DNA of 62,370 bases, filler included, from Rhabdomonas costata (lineage: Eukaryota): NCBI GenBank assembly GCA_019059605.1. It is 37 parts of 37 records of this genome, joined end to end, with 100 filler letters (N's around TTAATTAATTAA, not from the genome) between each part and the next. Parts side by side here need not be neighbours in the genome. Positions count along the whole stretch, not along the records: positions 35,458 to 37,045 come from JAHMHO010012503.1; positions 37,146 to 38,734 come from JAHMHO010012504.1; positions 38,835 to 40,422 come from JAHMHO010012505.1; positions 40,523 to 42,110 come from JAHMHO010012506.1; positions 42,211 to 43,798 come from JAHMHO010012507.1; positions 43,899 to 45,486 come from JAHMHO010012508.1; positions 45,587 to 47,174 come from JAHMHO010012509.1; positions 47,275 to 48,865 come from JAHMHO010012510.1; 29 more parts are not named here. The stretch is one strand, 5' to 3'. A program made the translations under genes and the position numbers. Position 1 is the stretch's first letter, and each line of letters opens with the position of its first letter. Of this stretch, positions 36,501 through 49,093 are shown in pieces. The notes below the pieces were generated by a model that searched no databases, was not told the origin of the DNA, and saw nothing but the letters and a program-made list of their open reading frames with translations.

Positions 36501-39500
36501 GTGTGCCGGAAACCCGCGGTCCGTTGTCGAGCATCCCCGCTTCAGGGCCGTCTGGAAACGTATTCTTTTTTGGCACGTCTTTTCTTCTTTTGACTGTGTC
36601 ACTTTTAGAGTTTAAATCACGAAATCTCAATTAGCTTCATACCCAAACGAGGACCCAAGCGACGTGCTGAGATTCCACTTTCCCGAAAGTCAGGGAAAGA
36701 GAAGAGCGCATTGGCAGAGCGCAGGAGCAGGGCAAGGAGTGCTTATAAATTGTGTAGGAAGAAAAAGAGGTGTGAGGAATGAGGGAAGAACGGACATTCA
36801 GAAATCGCATGTGTGAGGTCAGACAGAATCGATTCTAAGGAGGTTGTGAGCGCGGTTGACGGCGCTCAAAATTTATTTTGCGCGAAAGACAGTGTAATCA
36901 TTCAACCGTGTGCATGATCCGTGTACACGCGCAGACGATACGCGCAGTTCGCTCAGGGTTGACCACTTTTTTCAAAACAGGAACGTAAAACGGCAGCAGT
37001 CGCCAATTGGGACACGACGAGAAGGATGGGGAGCCACAACAACACNNNNNNNNNNNNNNNNNNNNNNNNNNNNNNNNNNNNNNNNNNNNTTAATTAATTA
37101 ANNNNNNNNNNNNNNNNNNNNNNNNNNNNNNNNNNNNNNNNNNNNGGCGCAGCTAGTCTTCAGCTGCTTGATAAGCTTTTTTGTAAAAGAGATGGCCTGG
37201 GGGTGTAATCCACCATGCGTGTCCGCGGTTCACGCGGCAGATGGCACGCATTGTCTCTTTGAGCACACTGTGTCCGAGTTAGGGGGTTCCAGATCCCTAG
37301 CACTTGGTCAGGTGCTTCCATTCGGTGTCGCTCTGAACTCCGCTGTTGTGACAGCGTATCACTTCCATGCTATGGCTTCGCGGAACTAAATGGGCATGGC
37401 GACCCATGGATTAGATCCAGTGAGCCAGTTGGGCGCAGCAGGCGATCCCTGGCGTCCACCCCCACGCTTGCGAAGAATTGTGTTTTGATTGCCGCGTGGA
37501 GCGCGAGTGTCAATACATGATGGAGGTGAGGCTCGGGTTGTGGCACTGTAGGCTTTGTGTTCCCGAATTTCAGTGCGTAGGATTGCGGGCCTGTGTCCGT
37601 TGGGCATGTGAGGGATTGTTTTCTAGGATGCGGCAATCACTTTTTCAATTGAAGGCAGGCTGCATGGTGGGGCCATTTGTGTCGAGATGGGACCCGTCTC
37701 AGGGCGACCGGCACCTGATCGGAAGCGTTGCACTGATTTGGGATCCTTGATATCCGCGGGCAGGGCGGCGGTGGGAATATATTGAACGTCGTCCGTCTGG
37801 GTGCACAGTAAGGCTTGCAACCCCACCACTTACGTGTAACCCGGCGTCTGCCGGTGGTTACACTGGGCTCTGTGTTCAGCAGCCGTATCCCGAATATGCT
37901 TTTGCAAAGTGGGCGCTGTCCCAGCTTACCCTGGGTGTCCACAAGAGCGTGACTTTCTTACGACATGTACGGCTTCGACTTGCGTCCGAAGTCCGGCGTG
38001 CGAGGGAACCTGAGGTCTCCATCGGTAAGTGGTGAAAGTTTTATGTCTGCTGCTGCAACGTGGGGAGACGTGCAAGGCTTTTCGGTATTTACTCGTGTGC
38101 TTGGGTGCGTTATGCAAAGAGTGGCGGCGAGTCAATCTCTCTCTCTTTAGCTCGGCTTTTTGGCCACCTCGTGGTCACTCTGCAAACCAACAGAAGGGGA
38201 AGGTGGTGCGAGCTTTGCAATGGTGAACCTGGTGTCTTGACTTTTGCGGGGCTCGCTGCCTCGGGCTCTGCTTATTCACGGTGGCGTGCTACCCCTTACG
38301 ACTCTCTCCTCCATTCAATCAGGCTGGGACTTACGCAGCACTTACGCAGCAACCGTGCAAGCACAGCAGCGTTCAAAACCACAACTGCGACAGCTACAAC
38401 GGCTCTTTCGCTTCCGCGCTTCACCCTTGCAACCTAATTACAACGCACAAACAACACAAGCACAAACAAAGGAAATCAAACACCAAACCATTTTCTCACG
38501 CTCTTTACATCCCCTTTTGTCTGCAGCAAAACCTTAATCCAACAAAAGGACCACTCTGAACGAAAAACCGGTCCAATGAATTTGCAAACAACATCCTTCG
38601 ATGCAGTCTAATTTCTTCTTTCGAAGAAGTCATCTTTATTTGAATTCCGCCACTTGCCACATTCTTCTTGAAATCTTCGAGCTTGCCAGATGCAACTCTC
38701 TTGTGCAAAACCTTCTTTTCAATGCAACCCCACCNNNNNNNNNNNNNNNNNNNNNNNNNNNNNNNNNNNNNNNNNNNNTTAATTAATTAANNNNNNNNNN
38801 NNNNNNNNNNNNNNNNNNNNNNNNNNNNNNNNNNCATCTTCCCACGCTGACGATGTTGGTAGTAGCAGTGATGCAGCAATGGTGATTGTACGGAGCTACA
38901 CAGTGGTGTTAACATACTTGCAATAGTGGTGGTTACGCTGCGTTCGGGATTCTAGGTGTCACGCTACGATTTGCCTTGTTTTGTAGGCAGGTAGGCACCC
39001 AAGTGGTGGTGGGCATGTGTCGGGACACGTATACAAGATGATGATGGAAGTGGAGAATGAAAGCATGAAAGGGAGATGTTTTATTGAATTTAACAATGAT
39101 GTGATGATGGTGGAACATGGGGCCCCCGCAAATATTTTTTGTGTCGGTTAGGCGGGGCGACGCATATATTAACCTCATAGGGGAGTGGGTTTGTCACGCA
39201 AGTCATGGTGGCACGCTCGGTTTCCCGGACGCTCTAACTCTTGATGGGGGGTTCGTTCCCCACCCCTGACGGGTGGGACGCTTACTGGGTCACACTCGCT
39301 CCGCTCACTGCGTTCGATGCCGTTCCTGTTCCTTGTGTGTTGGTTTGTTACATTCGTTCTCTCCGATTCCTTTACGTCACGGTTCACAATCACACTCGTC
39401 GCTGCGCTCCTCCTGTTCATGTTCCCTCATACCGGTTCGCATTCAACGCTCGCTCGCTATGTTCGTTCGTGTTTCGCGTTCTTTTCCTGGTCGTCACACT

Positions 39501-40530
39501 TGCTCCTTGCTACGCTATGTCGCTCCTGTTTCTCATCGGAAGACCACAAAAAAGAACTGGACTGACCGCAATCGCGGAAAACGTGATGGAACATTGATGT
39601 TACTTTAAAATTGCTTGGTAGCGCCGCAATATGTTTCATTCCCTGCCATCTTGTTTTTGCATCGTTGGATGAAATTATTTGCCCAAAGAACTACACTGGT
39701 TCTGTGACGTTCTGTGAGAAGGCGGCCGAACTGAAGGACACTTTTGAGTGGGAAGTTGTGGAAAACTATGGTACTTGTGAGAGCGAGTAAGAAGGATTGG
39801 TTATCAACAAACGGCGAATTTGGTGGGCGCGCCTGGGAGCAAACCAACCGAGAAAGTCTTCTGTACTGCGCAGCGCCACGCTGACAAGCCAAGAGACAGG
39901 ACACCGTCAGAAGAAGCGATACAATAGGGACACATTCCAAGTCGTGGGCATCGCTTGAGAATTCGGTTCCAAAACGGCGGGCCCTTTGAGCTTCTATCCC
40001 ATTCGTAACCAAAGTTCAAAATTTGCTTTGCTGTAATCACAAAAGCGTTCGAGCATACATGTCCTGCCGCCTTTGATAACCAGTTGCTAAACGATTCCGC
40101 GGATGGGGCAAATCAACAAGCCATTTCGAAACAAAGTCTGTCATATTAAATACCAGTAACGACTCCTCACGTGAGCGTGAAACAACCACAACGCCATGCA
40201 CTGTGGCGGCTTCTGACGTTGGGCAAGCGGGCTAAAGAGTCAATTGTAGTAACTGGCACTAAGTGTTGACCACCCGGCTGCGCATAGCCCTCAGTACGAC
40301 TTTCTGCTCAAATCTCAGCGACGGCAGCACCCACCTGAACAGCGAGAGAGGGGGGTGCTCTTCTCTGTGGGAAGGGAAGAGGGAAGCTTACAGTCAAATT
40401 CACGGAAATGCTACAACAACAANNNNNNNNNNNNNNNNNNNNNNNNNNNNNNNNNNNNNNNNNNNNTTAATTAATTAANNNNNNNNNNNNNNNNNNNNNN
40501 NNNNNNNNNNNNNNNNNNNNNNTGTTGTGG

Positions 40531-40610
40531 GGGAAACTCTCACTTTTGAGATGAAACGGGCCACTGTCTCGAGACAGTGGCCCGTTTCATCTCAAAAGTG
40601 AGAGTTTCCC
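40531..40610. repeat. Perfect 80-bp palindrome at a contig start (fold-back); similar terminal inverted repeats at 16516-16787, 25339-25419, 43660-43793, 55725-55847
   Basis: GGGAAACTCTCAC...CACTGTCTC|GAGACAGTG...GTGAGAGTTTCCC; in every case one arm abuts a contig end. Confidence 0.95.
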
Positions 40611-41368
40611 ACACAAGCATCAAACTGCCGCAACTCCGAGGAAAGAGTCACATCAAAATGAATAGATTCCTTCACTTGACTTAAAGCAATCACTGTCAGC
40701 ATACTGCGACCAATTCTCGGAAGCAGGGGGGGGGGTTGTGGGATAAAAACGGCACCCAATTCACCTACATAAATTCATCAGCTGAAAACACCCACAGGCG
40801 CATTTCATTGGAACAATAGGGGTGAAAATCGAAAATTCCCCCCCACTCCAAACCTCTGTAAGTCTCTGTAAGTCCGAAATGTCTCCTCTTTTGGAATCGC
40901 TTTTCTACCTCTCAGTTTTGAGGTGAAACAGGCAATATTTGGCGGATACAGTGCCCGTGTGGCTTTGGCTGCGAAAGCGATGTGCTTATGCGCGCAAAGA
41001 TAACAATTTCCTGTATTGGACGGTTGCAATTCAAGTACAGAGCTGACTGGATGACAAATTGGCATGGGTTTCTTTGCCTTGACATTTTCATGCAGTGCAC
41101 TCGTTGGAAGAAAAAAGGCGCATGGTCACACAAAAGGCCAGCTTCCGGACACTTTCCAGAGTGAGCACATTGCTCCACAGCGGTGAGCCAGTCGATATTC
41201 TTTCTTTTGGGAAGCTTTCCGAAGCTTCCCGCGATGCGGAGCTTCAAATGAGTACAGCAACTGCTCTTGCAGGTTCTGTTGTTTACCCCGCGGCGCACAG
41301 CCTGATTACGGGTCAACCCAGAGGAAGCGTGGAAACTGAGGGATGGTGGGCGAGGAGACAAGGCCCAC

Positions 41369-41492
41369 CATGCACTTGCGGTCGTACTCCGCGCGCTTCT
41401 TGGGGTCGAGCAGCGTGTGGTAGGCGTCGTTCACCCTTTTGAACAGAGACTCCCCCATGGGGTTCTTGTCAGGGTGCAGCTCCAAGGCTTTC
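41369..41492 (-). CDS. DnaJ/Hsp40 J-domain exon
   Basis: cag|[38 protein letters not shown] with the HPD motif. Confidence 0.92.
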
Positions 41493-42210
41493 CTGCGAGG
41501 CAAATTAGGGTGCTTGAGGGTCCCTTCCACGAAAACACAGCCGTTAGGTAAATTCCGAGGGCTTGAACCCTGACGATAATCTGCGTCGATCCTTTTTCAT
41601 TCGTTCAACTGCTGAGGGAGTTCCAGACCTTATTCGAAATGCTCTTTGTGTTTGATTGTGTCCGGAGAGAAATGTGGCCAACTGCACTTCCAATTGCAAC
41701 CGGCGCTCACCACTGAAGAGGCGAAATCTTAACTTGAACAGTATGACAGAATGACAGGGAATGACAGAAATTACTGCCATCCCGACGCAGCAGCCATACG
41801 CTTGCTCAATGAGAGGAGTTCATTGGGGTGAGAGGAGTTAGCCAGTCTCCACTGTAAAACGGCTGTGGGTAAGGTGCATACTTTCGGAAGGCCCGTTTGA
41901 TCTCCTTTTCGGAAGCCCCCACAGGGACGTCCAGCAAGGCGTAGGCGTCCCCTTTGAACGTCATTGTGGGAGAGACACTGAAGCCACGCTCGATGCGCTA
42001 AATGCAACTGGTCTCGGTCCACGGGTGGACGGAAAGCAGTTACCCTCGTTGTCCTCGAAAAACAAACACAAAAACAAAAAAGCACTCGCTGTTCGGAAGA
42101 AACGACAGTTNNNNNNNNNNNNNNNNNNNNNNNNNNNNNNNNNNNNNNNNNNNNTTAATTAATTAANNNNNNNNNNNNNNNNNNNNNNNNNNNNNNNNNN
42201 NNNNNNNNNN

Positions 42211-43530
42211 TACATGTACAGCTTCATGCCCTTCCTGACGAAGGCGGTGCCCGCAGACGAGGCGGCGCGAAACCTGGCCAAGGTGTGGACCACCGTCTTC
42301 GTGGGCAACTTCATTGGCTGCGTCAGCCTGGCACTGATCGAGGGAGCCCTCACCAACCCCGCGACGGCGACCTTCGCGGCCTCTCTGGCGGTGAAGAAGA
42401 CCTCCTTGGGCTTCGGCGTGGTCTTCCTGAAAGCCATCGGGGCAAACTTCTTGGTCGCTTGTCCGCATCCTCTCACACTCTCTCTTGTTGATTCAAAGCT
42501 GTCTGGCTTGGGCTTGTGAGTGCAGAGCTGTACACAGTCCGTGAGGTTTGGGTCACACTTTGGTGGACCTGAAATAAGTTTCGACAAAAACAGAAAAAGC
42601 ACGAAAATGAGTGACGTGGGCCAAGCCGAGCGCCATCCCTTTTGCCCCGCTCAGTGAAGCCGCTGATGCTAAACGTTTTCAGTTTTTTCCCAATATTTTC
42701 GGTCTTCAATGTTTTTTTATGTCGTGCCACCTCCCCCTTCCCCGATTGGACTACTTACCTATTTAGGTGTGCACTGCCATGGCCGGGGCGATGGCCACCC
42801 AAACTCCAGGAGGGAAGCTGCTGTGCATCTGGCTTCCGATCAGCACTTTCGTCGCACTGGGGCTGGAGCACAGGTTTCTTCGTATCGAAACTTTTCTGAC
42901 TCGCTTGCGACTGGCACTGTGCAGCAAAGGCACCTGCTCAGCTGCATCACAGACAGATCGTAGTTTTGTCATGGTGTCCGATGTGGAGGTGCAGGAGTGA
43001 AGGCTGGATAAGCTTCAGGAGGCAGTAGCACGGTGGGCCCAATCTACTCTTTTCCTGCCAACTATTCTCTCTGGGCTCATCGAGTGCCCAAACTTCAGAT
43101 AATGTGGGGGAAAATTTGTCGCTTGCTGAGGTGCATTGAGGCGGGTGCAGGGAATTTGGAGGGCATTTGCAAAACAGGGCGCACAACTGGGGGAGTCACT
43201 GTGCGAAGCTGGTGATGTTTATTTGGAATGGCTTCAGATTTTGTCGCATTTCTTTTGCTTGGCGATCCCAACCTCCAGCAGTTTTTGTGCAGAGTTATTC
43301 GTAACTGGGCAGTGGGAAATGACCAGTACAGGTGACTTCAAGACTCGGAGAGACCATACCTTCGCTGTCACAGCATTGCAAATATGTTCCTCATTCCGCT
43401 GGGAATGCACTTCTCCAATGTCACGGTGTACGACTTCCTGGTGGGTAACCTTGTCCCATCCACCTTGGGCAACATTGTCGGGGCCTGGGTGTTCGCCACC
43501 GCTATGTGGCTGCGCCACCGCCGCCATTGA
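42211..43530 (+). CDS. Formate/nitrite transporter (FNT family, FocA/NirC/NAR1-like), C-terminal half; exons 42211-42453, 42767-42873, 43374-43530
   Basis: VFVGNFIG, FLKAIGANFLVCTA, GGKLLCIWLPISTFVALGLEHSIANMFLIPLG and NLVPSTLGNIVGA are FNT signatures; stop TGA at 43528-43530. Confidence 0.93.
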
Positions 43531-46331
43531 GTTGAGGAAGTGGGATGATTGGGTAACCCGTGGAGTAGGGATGTTATAAGGAACAGCGTGGCTTTTTGTT
43601 GAGTTGTGCGTGCGTATGTGTGTGTGTGCGTGTTAGAGGTATGGACCCTTGAAGTTGGTGGTGTGAAGAATGAAGTTGTGGCTCTGTAAGGAGGGTGCTC
43701 TGCATTATTGTTTTGCCCGTCCGCCTCGTGCCCGGGGGAAAAGAATAATGCAGAGCACCCTCCTTACAGAGCCATAACTTCATTCTTCACACCCCCACNN
43801 NNNNNNNNNNNNNNNNNNNNNNNNNNNNNNNNNNNNNNNNNNTTAATTAATTAANNNNNNNNNNNNNNNNNNNNNNNNNNNNNNNNNNNNNNNNNNNNGG
43901 GGTTTTTTACCGTTCACAAGGTCTGCCTTTAACTTGAAGTTTTGCGGGGAGGGGGGGAATGTTGGGCCCACTTCGCTTGTAAAACTCTAAAACTCTCACT
44001 CACTCACGTGTGCACCTTTCGGTGTCACAGGAGAGGGAAATCACAACTTATCTACACCCCAATGCCGGCGGGGGGCCAGTTCTGCTATCCAGTCCTCTTC
44101 CATTCCCTCGTTCGAACTCACACATCTCGTCGCACCTGTGCATCAATTAAAGGGATTCCAATGGCGAACTCCTCGGTCCATTGCACAGGCTGGGTGAGGT
44201 CCATAGAAAATGAAAGGTACACGGAAAACAAGACACGAGACACAGGACGCACACGAGGCAGAGTGCGAAATTTTGATTTCACACAGTGTTACGAAAGGGA
44301 AGTGGGGAGGGGCAAAATAAGCGAAGGCAAAAAAGGGTTCGGAAGAACTGCGTATTCGGTTGGAGAGGCAGGAGACGAATTCGAAATCAGAGGATCTTTC
44401 CAAAACCACGCCAATGGTGAGCCAGGTAAGTCCGCTCTCTCTGCTCGACCAATGATTGGCTCGAAACCGAGAACTGACATAAAAATGGCGAAAGCAAGAC
44501 AGCCAACAACAACAACAACAACAACAGCCGCTAAATGTTAGCCAGTGCCGTTGCAGACGAAGCCATGAGTGTGGCGAGGTACGCAGAATTGCTGGACAAT
44601 TACTGGAACCTTCACGAAACTGAGCAGGATTTTGTCAAATTTCTGAAAAGAGTCAGTTTCATTTTCACACAACCTTTTTTCTGAATGACAAGAGACCCGG
44701 AGCATAACGGACAGGTTCGAAGAAGACTGACCTATTGTTCGAAAGTTTGCTCGGGTGAGGGGGTTCCCATCCAAAGCAAACCATACACATATCCCAATCC
44801 CCAGTGCCCACCTGGTGGGCGGGGGCCAGGATGGAGTCCCGAGGCGTGAGTATGAATTTGGCAGCTTGTCCGCTCTGGAGGGTTAACGGTTCCAAAATTT
44901 CTGAGCGATATGTTTCTAAGTTTTGTTGAGTTTGAGCACCCTTGCTCTCAGCGGAAGATCTATTCGGATCCCAGGGGAACGTGCAGCATCCCGGAGTGGA
45001 CGGGCATCATTGATGCACCCCCCCCCCGCTTCCCAAGCACAAAAAACTTCAAAGGAAACCACACAACTGACTCATTTCGTTTTTTTGGTTTTGTAAAGCA
45101 CGACTGCTCTATCTCGGACGCCACCTGACTCTCTCGCCGGTCATGCACCGGGGAACAAGTCAAATGAGAGCAGCGAAAGATAAGCGAGCAAGCAAAATAC
45201 GGCCAGCGCGCCATATTCACCTGGCTAGAAGGGAAGGGGGCAGGGCAGAATATGACACTCATTGCTAACCAGCAAAAACCAGTTGGCTGGACGCATCCGT
45301 ATGGGCACATGCGCATTTTAAAAATATTGATGATTGATGAAGACAAGGCAACAGGCACAACAGATATTCACTGACTGATGTCGATGATGATGGTGATGGT
45401 TCACAACAATTGTTCGAACAAATCAATGCCCTACAACTTAACCCAAGCAAATCTTCTCGAGCCCGATAAAAGTGGACAATGACCGTNNNNNNNNNNNNNN
45501 NNNNNNNNNNNNNNNNNNNNNNNNNNNNNNTTAATTAATTAANNNNNNNNNNNNNNNNNNNNNNNNNNNNNNNNNNNNNNNNNNNNGGAGGGGGGGGTCT
45601 AATGTACTACGCCCAAGAGTTGGAAGGGAGGGACCCTGCAATGTAGAGGTTTCAATGGGATTGACTGTGTTGGAGATGAGTTACACGGCGGTCGATGCAT
45701 CTTTCTCGAATTTGCTTTTGTGGGTTACCTTTGTCTCTTCGGCATTTGCTTTTTCCTATACCCCAAGTGCTGGGACCTCACCTGCAGCATTTCATTGAAC
45801 TATTCCATCGTCGAAAACTGGACCGCTTGGAGCTGCTCCAATGCTAATTGGCTGTTGAACCGACCCTCTGCAACGTGCACCTTAGCGGACGAGTCGACGT
45901 GCAGCTGCTCTCTGCCTTTTTTCGGCCCATTGTATGTCCTGACTCCCTTCATGATATATAGCTTCTGCTGTTTTGTCATTCAGCCTGCCTGGATCCTGCT
46001 GACTACAAGCTGGCCACACTTCAGTGGCTTTTTCAGGTGCGTGTTGACAAACTGTGGCCGATGAATGCGTTGTTGCGTCGGTTCGTTGTCAGAACGACTT
46101 TGTGCGTCCGTCGACATCTGGCAGAGACAAAACATGCCTTCTTTCTTCCCTTTTCTTCCCTTCCATTCCCTTCCCTTCCTTTCCTTTCCTTCTTCTCCTT
46201 CTTTTCAGTCACATTATGGATAAAGGTGGTCATACTTTACTGAGCTTGTATCTCTCCAATGGCCTCGTGCGTGCGGACTGAGTTCGATGTTTAACTGAGT
46301 CTAAGGGCGAGGCTTTCATTTTACATCATGG

Positions 46332-47174
46332 GTGAATCGCAAAAGCAGTTTACTTGTTTTGCATCCCAAAATTGGCATTGTGGTTGCTTTGGCTTTTGCC
46401 CTTATTCCGATTGAACGGGGCGTCTGGTCTTGGCATTCAACTTGGTCCAACTCTTCGAATCCGACTTCCCGAAACTTCAGTCAATGCACTGCGAACAGAC
46501 ATACTAATTGGTTGACTCTGCCGATCGCAATACTTAGCGATTTTTTGAGCAACGCACCTCCTGTGCAGCAACGGCTGCGAATTCTCCGATCCTTGACTGA
46601 AATTATTCGGAAATTCTTCTGCGGGGGTGCAACTTCCACATGTAATAACCCCTCGCTGGGCATACGCACACCTTTCTCATTTTTTTCTGCGTTGTCTTCT
46701 TCTAGTGGTTATCAGGCGCTTACTACCCAAGCGGCGGAGAGTGTGGCAAACCTGACGTCTCCCCTCTTTACTGCCAGCTGTGGCTGGTTTCGGGATCACC
46801 TCATTTGGATGGCTCCATACCACACTTGGCTGGATCCTCTTGTAGCGATGGTGCACTTCTTGAGCTGCCCTATTGTTGTTTTTGGACTTTCCGCCTCGTA
46901 CTCGTCCTCATTGCTTTGGGAGGAGGCCCCGGAAGTCTCGCTGTTCCTGACCTGCTTTCTGCTCGTCAGTGCGGGGCTTGTGATCACCAACCCCCACTTT
47001 ACTTGTCACCGAGCGGTATTTGAAGGAGGGCCAATATGTATTCCATACAAGTGCATAGTGTACAGCTATGGGATCTTCGCATCGCTCATCGTAGCGCTAT
47101 ATTTTCTTTACCTTTTCTTTCTGCCTTGCTGCGGAGGAGTGCTTTGCACAGTTAAAGCGTTCTTCACAACCCCC
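46332..47174 (+). CDS. Long open frame, putative multi-pass Cys-rich membrane protein, 3'-truncated
   Basis: About 280 codons without a stop and with several hydrophobic stretches; no family recognised. Confidence 0.4.
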
Positions 47175-47820
47175 NNNNNNNNNNNNNNNNNNNNNNNNNN
47201 NNNNNNNNNNNNNNNNNNTTAATTAATTAANNNNNNNNNNNNNNNNNNNNNNNNNNNNNNNNNNNNNNNNNNNNGGGTGTGGGGGCACACAGTACCTCGC
47301 AAATATTGGCGATGGAAGCCGATGGACAGCAGATGGAAATGGGGCTTTCTGAAAACGGCTGATGTGCCCACTGAACCCCAATTCCAGCGGGCACCAAGTG
47401 TGTACGAATACTAAAAATAGCCACAACTGCGGTGCAGACCGAGAAGGCTGAGGGGTTTTTGCACCCTCCGAAACAGCGCTTTACCCAGGTGGATAAAAGT
47501 GGATTAAAAGCTTGGGCAGTGTGCGGATACTTGAGTGTTTGCAGCAGTGTTCTCCCGAAAATAATGGGCAAAGTTTTCTTCAGTCGCACATCGGCAACAT
47601 GGGGATTTCAAATTTCAAATCAACAAGACTCCCCGGGAATCGCTGAACTTCGAGTTACTCCTTTCATTCTCTCTGAATATTAGGATATCATAAGTGACAT
47701 GTCACCAGACTTGACGCTGATATGATCCCAGAATGGTTTCAGCGCAATTGCTCCACCCTGAATCCTTGAAGACCTTGAAGACACAGAGTGGGTTATGTTG
47801 GCTCTGCATTTACGCCTAAG

Positions 47821-48865
47821 GTATTCCTCAGCTCGACATGGTGAGAGTTAAGGACATGCTTAAGTCCCAGAAGAAGACCAAGTTGATTGGACCTAACTGC
47901 CCCGGCGTCATCAAGCCCTTGGAGTGCAAGATGGGGATCATGCCCGGCTTCATTCACTCCAAGGGGAAGATCGGTTTGTGTGTGTGTGTGTGTGTGTGTG
48001 TGCGTATCTTGGGTTTTAGCGTCTGCGTGTGAGTGTGACTCACCAAACGCTTTGTGGTGGTCCTCTGTCAGGAATCGTTTCTCGCTCTGGTACCCTGACG
48101 TACGAAGCCGTGGCGCAGACTACAGCTGTTGGCCTTGGGCAGACCACAGTGGTTGGAATTGGCGGTGACCCGTTCAATGGTATTTGCGTGGGTGACTCCT
48201 TTTTGTTCCAGATGTGCCAGCTTTCGTTTTCATGTGGCGCTCGTTCGCTTTTGCTCAGGAACCAACTTCATCGATGTCCTTTCGCAGTTCTTGGAGGACG
48301 AGGACACCAAAGGTTTGCGGTGCAAGGTTTTGGGAGCGTTTGTTCTGTCACAAGGATGCCTGTGTTCATGCTGCTGGAAATCTCGGAATTGCACCTTCCT
48401 CTGCGAGCTCTCATGCTGTCCTGTTGTCTTGTCTTTGCAATTGCAGCGGTGAGTCTCCTTTCCATATAGTTGTGATCAAAAAATTTTGGCTGTCAGAGTT
48501 TTCCCTGCCTTTTGAGTTCAGCACAGATGGTCCTTTCTCCTCCTGTCCCTCTCCGCCCTCGCGCTATTCGACATGGTCCCCACCACATTCGTTTTTTCTA
48601 CGCTTCCCCTTACTGCGGGACCCTTGTGGACAATACGTCGCGCTTTTTTATACTATCACACCCTGTGCCCATCTCCATTTTCCATTCCTACTGCATCAAC
48701 TGGGAACAAGTTGTTGCTGCTGTTCATGCGAGGCACAAAACTAAAAAAAAATATCGCCTGCCGAATCCCCTCGTTCGTGTCCTTCCTTCCAGGTATCATC
48801 ATGATTGGTGAAATCGGCGGTGAAGACGAGGAGGACGCGGCCGCATTCATGCAAGCCCACACCCC
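47821..48865 (+). CDS. SUCLG1: Succinyl-CoA synthetase alpha subunit; partial, exons 47821-47973, 48072-48179, 48259-48312, 48793-48865
   Basis: [10 protein letters not shown]...[20 protein letters not shown]...[41 protein letters not shown]...[10 protein letters not shown]. Confidence 0.97.
47976..48002. repeat. (GT)n microsatellite in an intron; others at 20307-20331 (GT), 20040-20059 (GA), 44505-44526 (ACA), 55917-55940 (TTCGG), 412-432 (CAC)
   Basis: Read directly from the sequence. Confidence 0.95.
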
Positions 48866-48967
48866 NNNNNNNNNNNNNNNNNNNNNNNNNNNNNNNNNNN
48901 NNNNNNNNNTTAATTAATTAANNNNNNNNNNNNNNNNNNNNNNNNNNNNNNNNNNNNNNNNNNNNTG

Positions 48968-49093
48968 CTGGGCAAGCCGATCGACACTGCTGCGATGTTC
49001 CAGATGCTACAGAGGCTTCTGGAAGCCACGAGCGAGTCCGCTTCGCCGAACTCCGTTGATCTCGCTGAGCTCACATGGGTAGGCTTGAACCAG
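48968..49093 (+). CDS. Possible C-terminal end of a response-regulator receiver domain
   Basis: LGKPIDTAAMFQMLQRLL resembles the receiver beta5-alpha5 segment L.KP.....L...L.R.L; only a short fragment is present. Confidence 0.35.

Noticed and set aside
40531-40610. Long palindromes (also 16516-16787, 25339-25419, 43660-43793, 55725-55847) as MITEs, hairpin telomeres or miRNA precursors
   Set aside because: All five have one arm at a contig end next to primer-like bases and share no sequence; this fits fold-back amplification artefacts.
44540-45220. SET-domain-like NMAR/CINDAR peptides on the minus strand
   Set aside because: I could not build a phase-consistent splice or find the remaining SET motifs.
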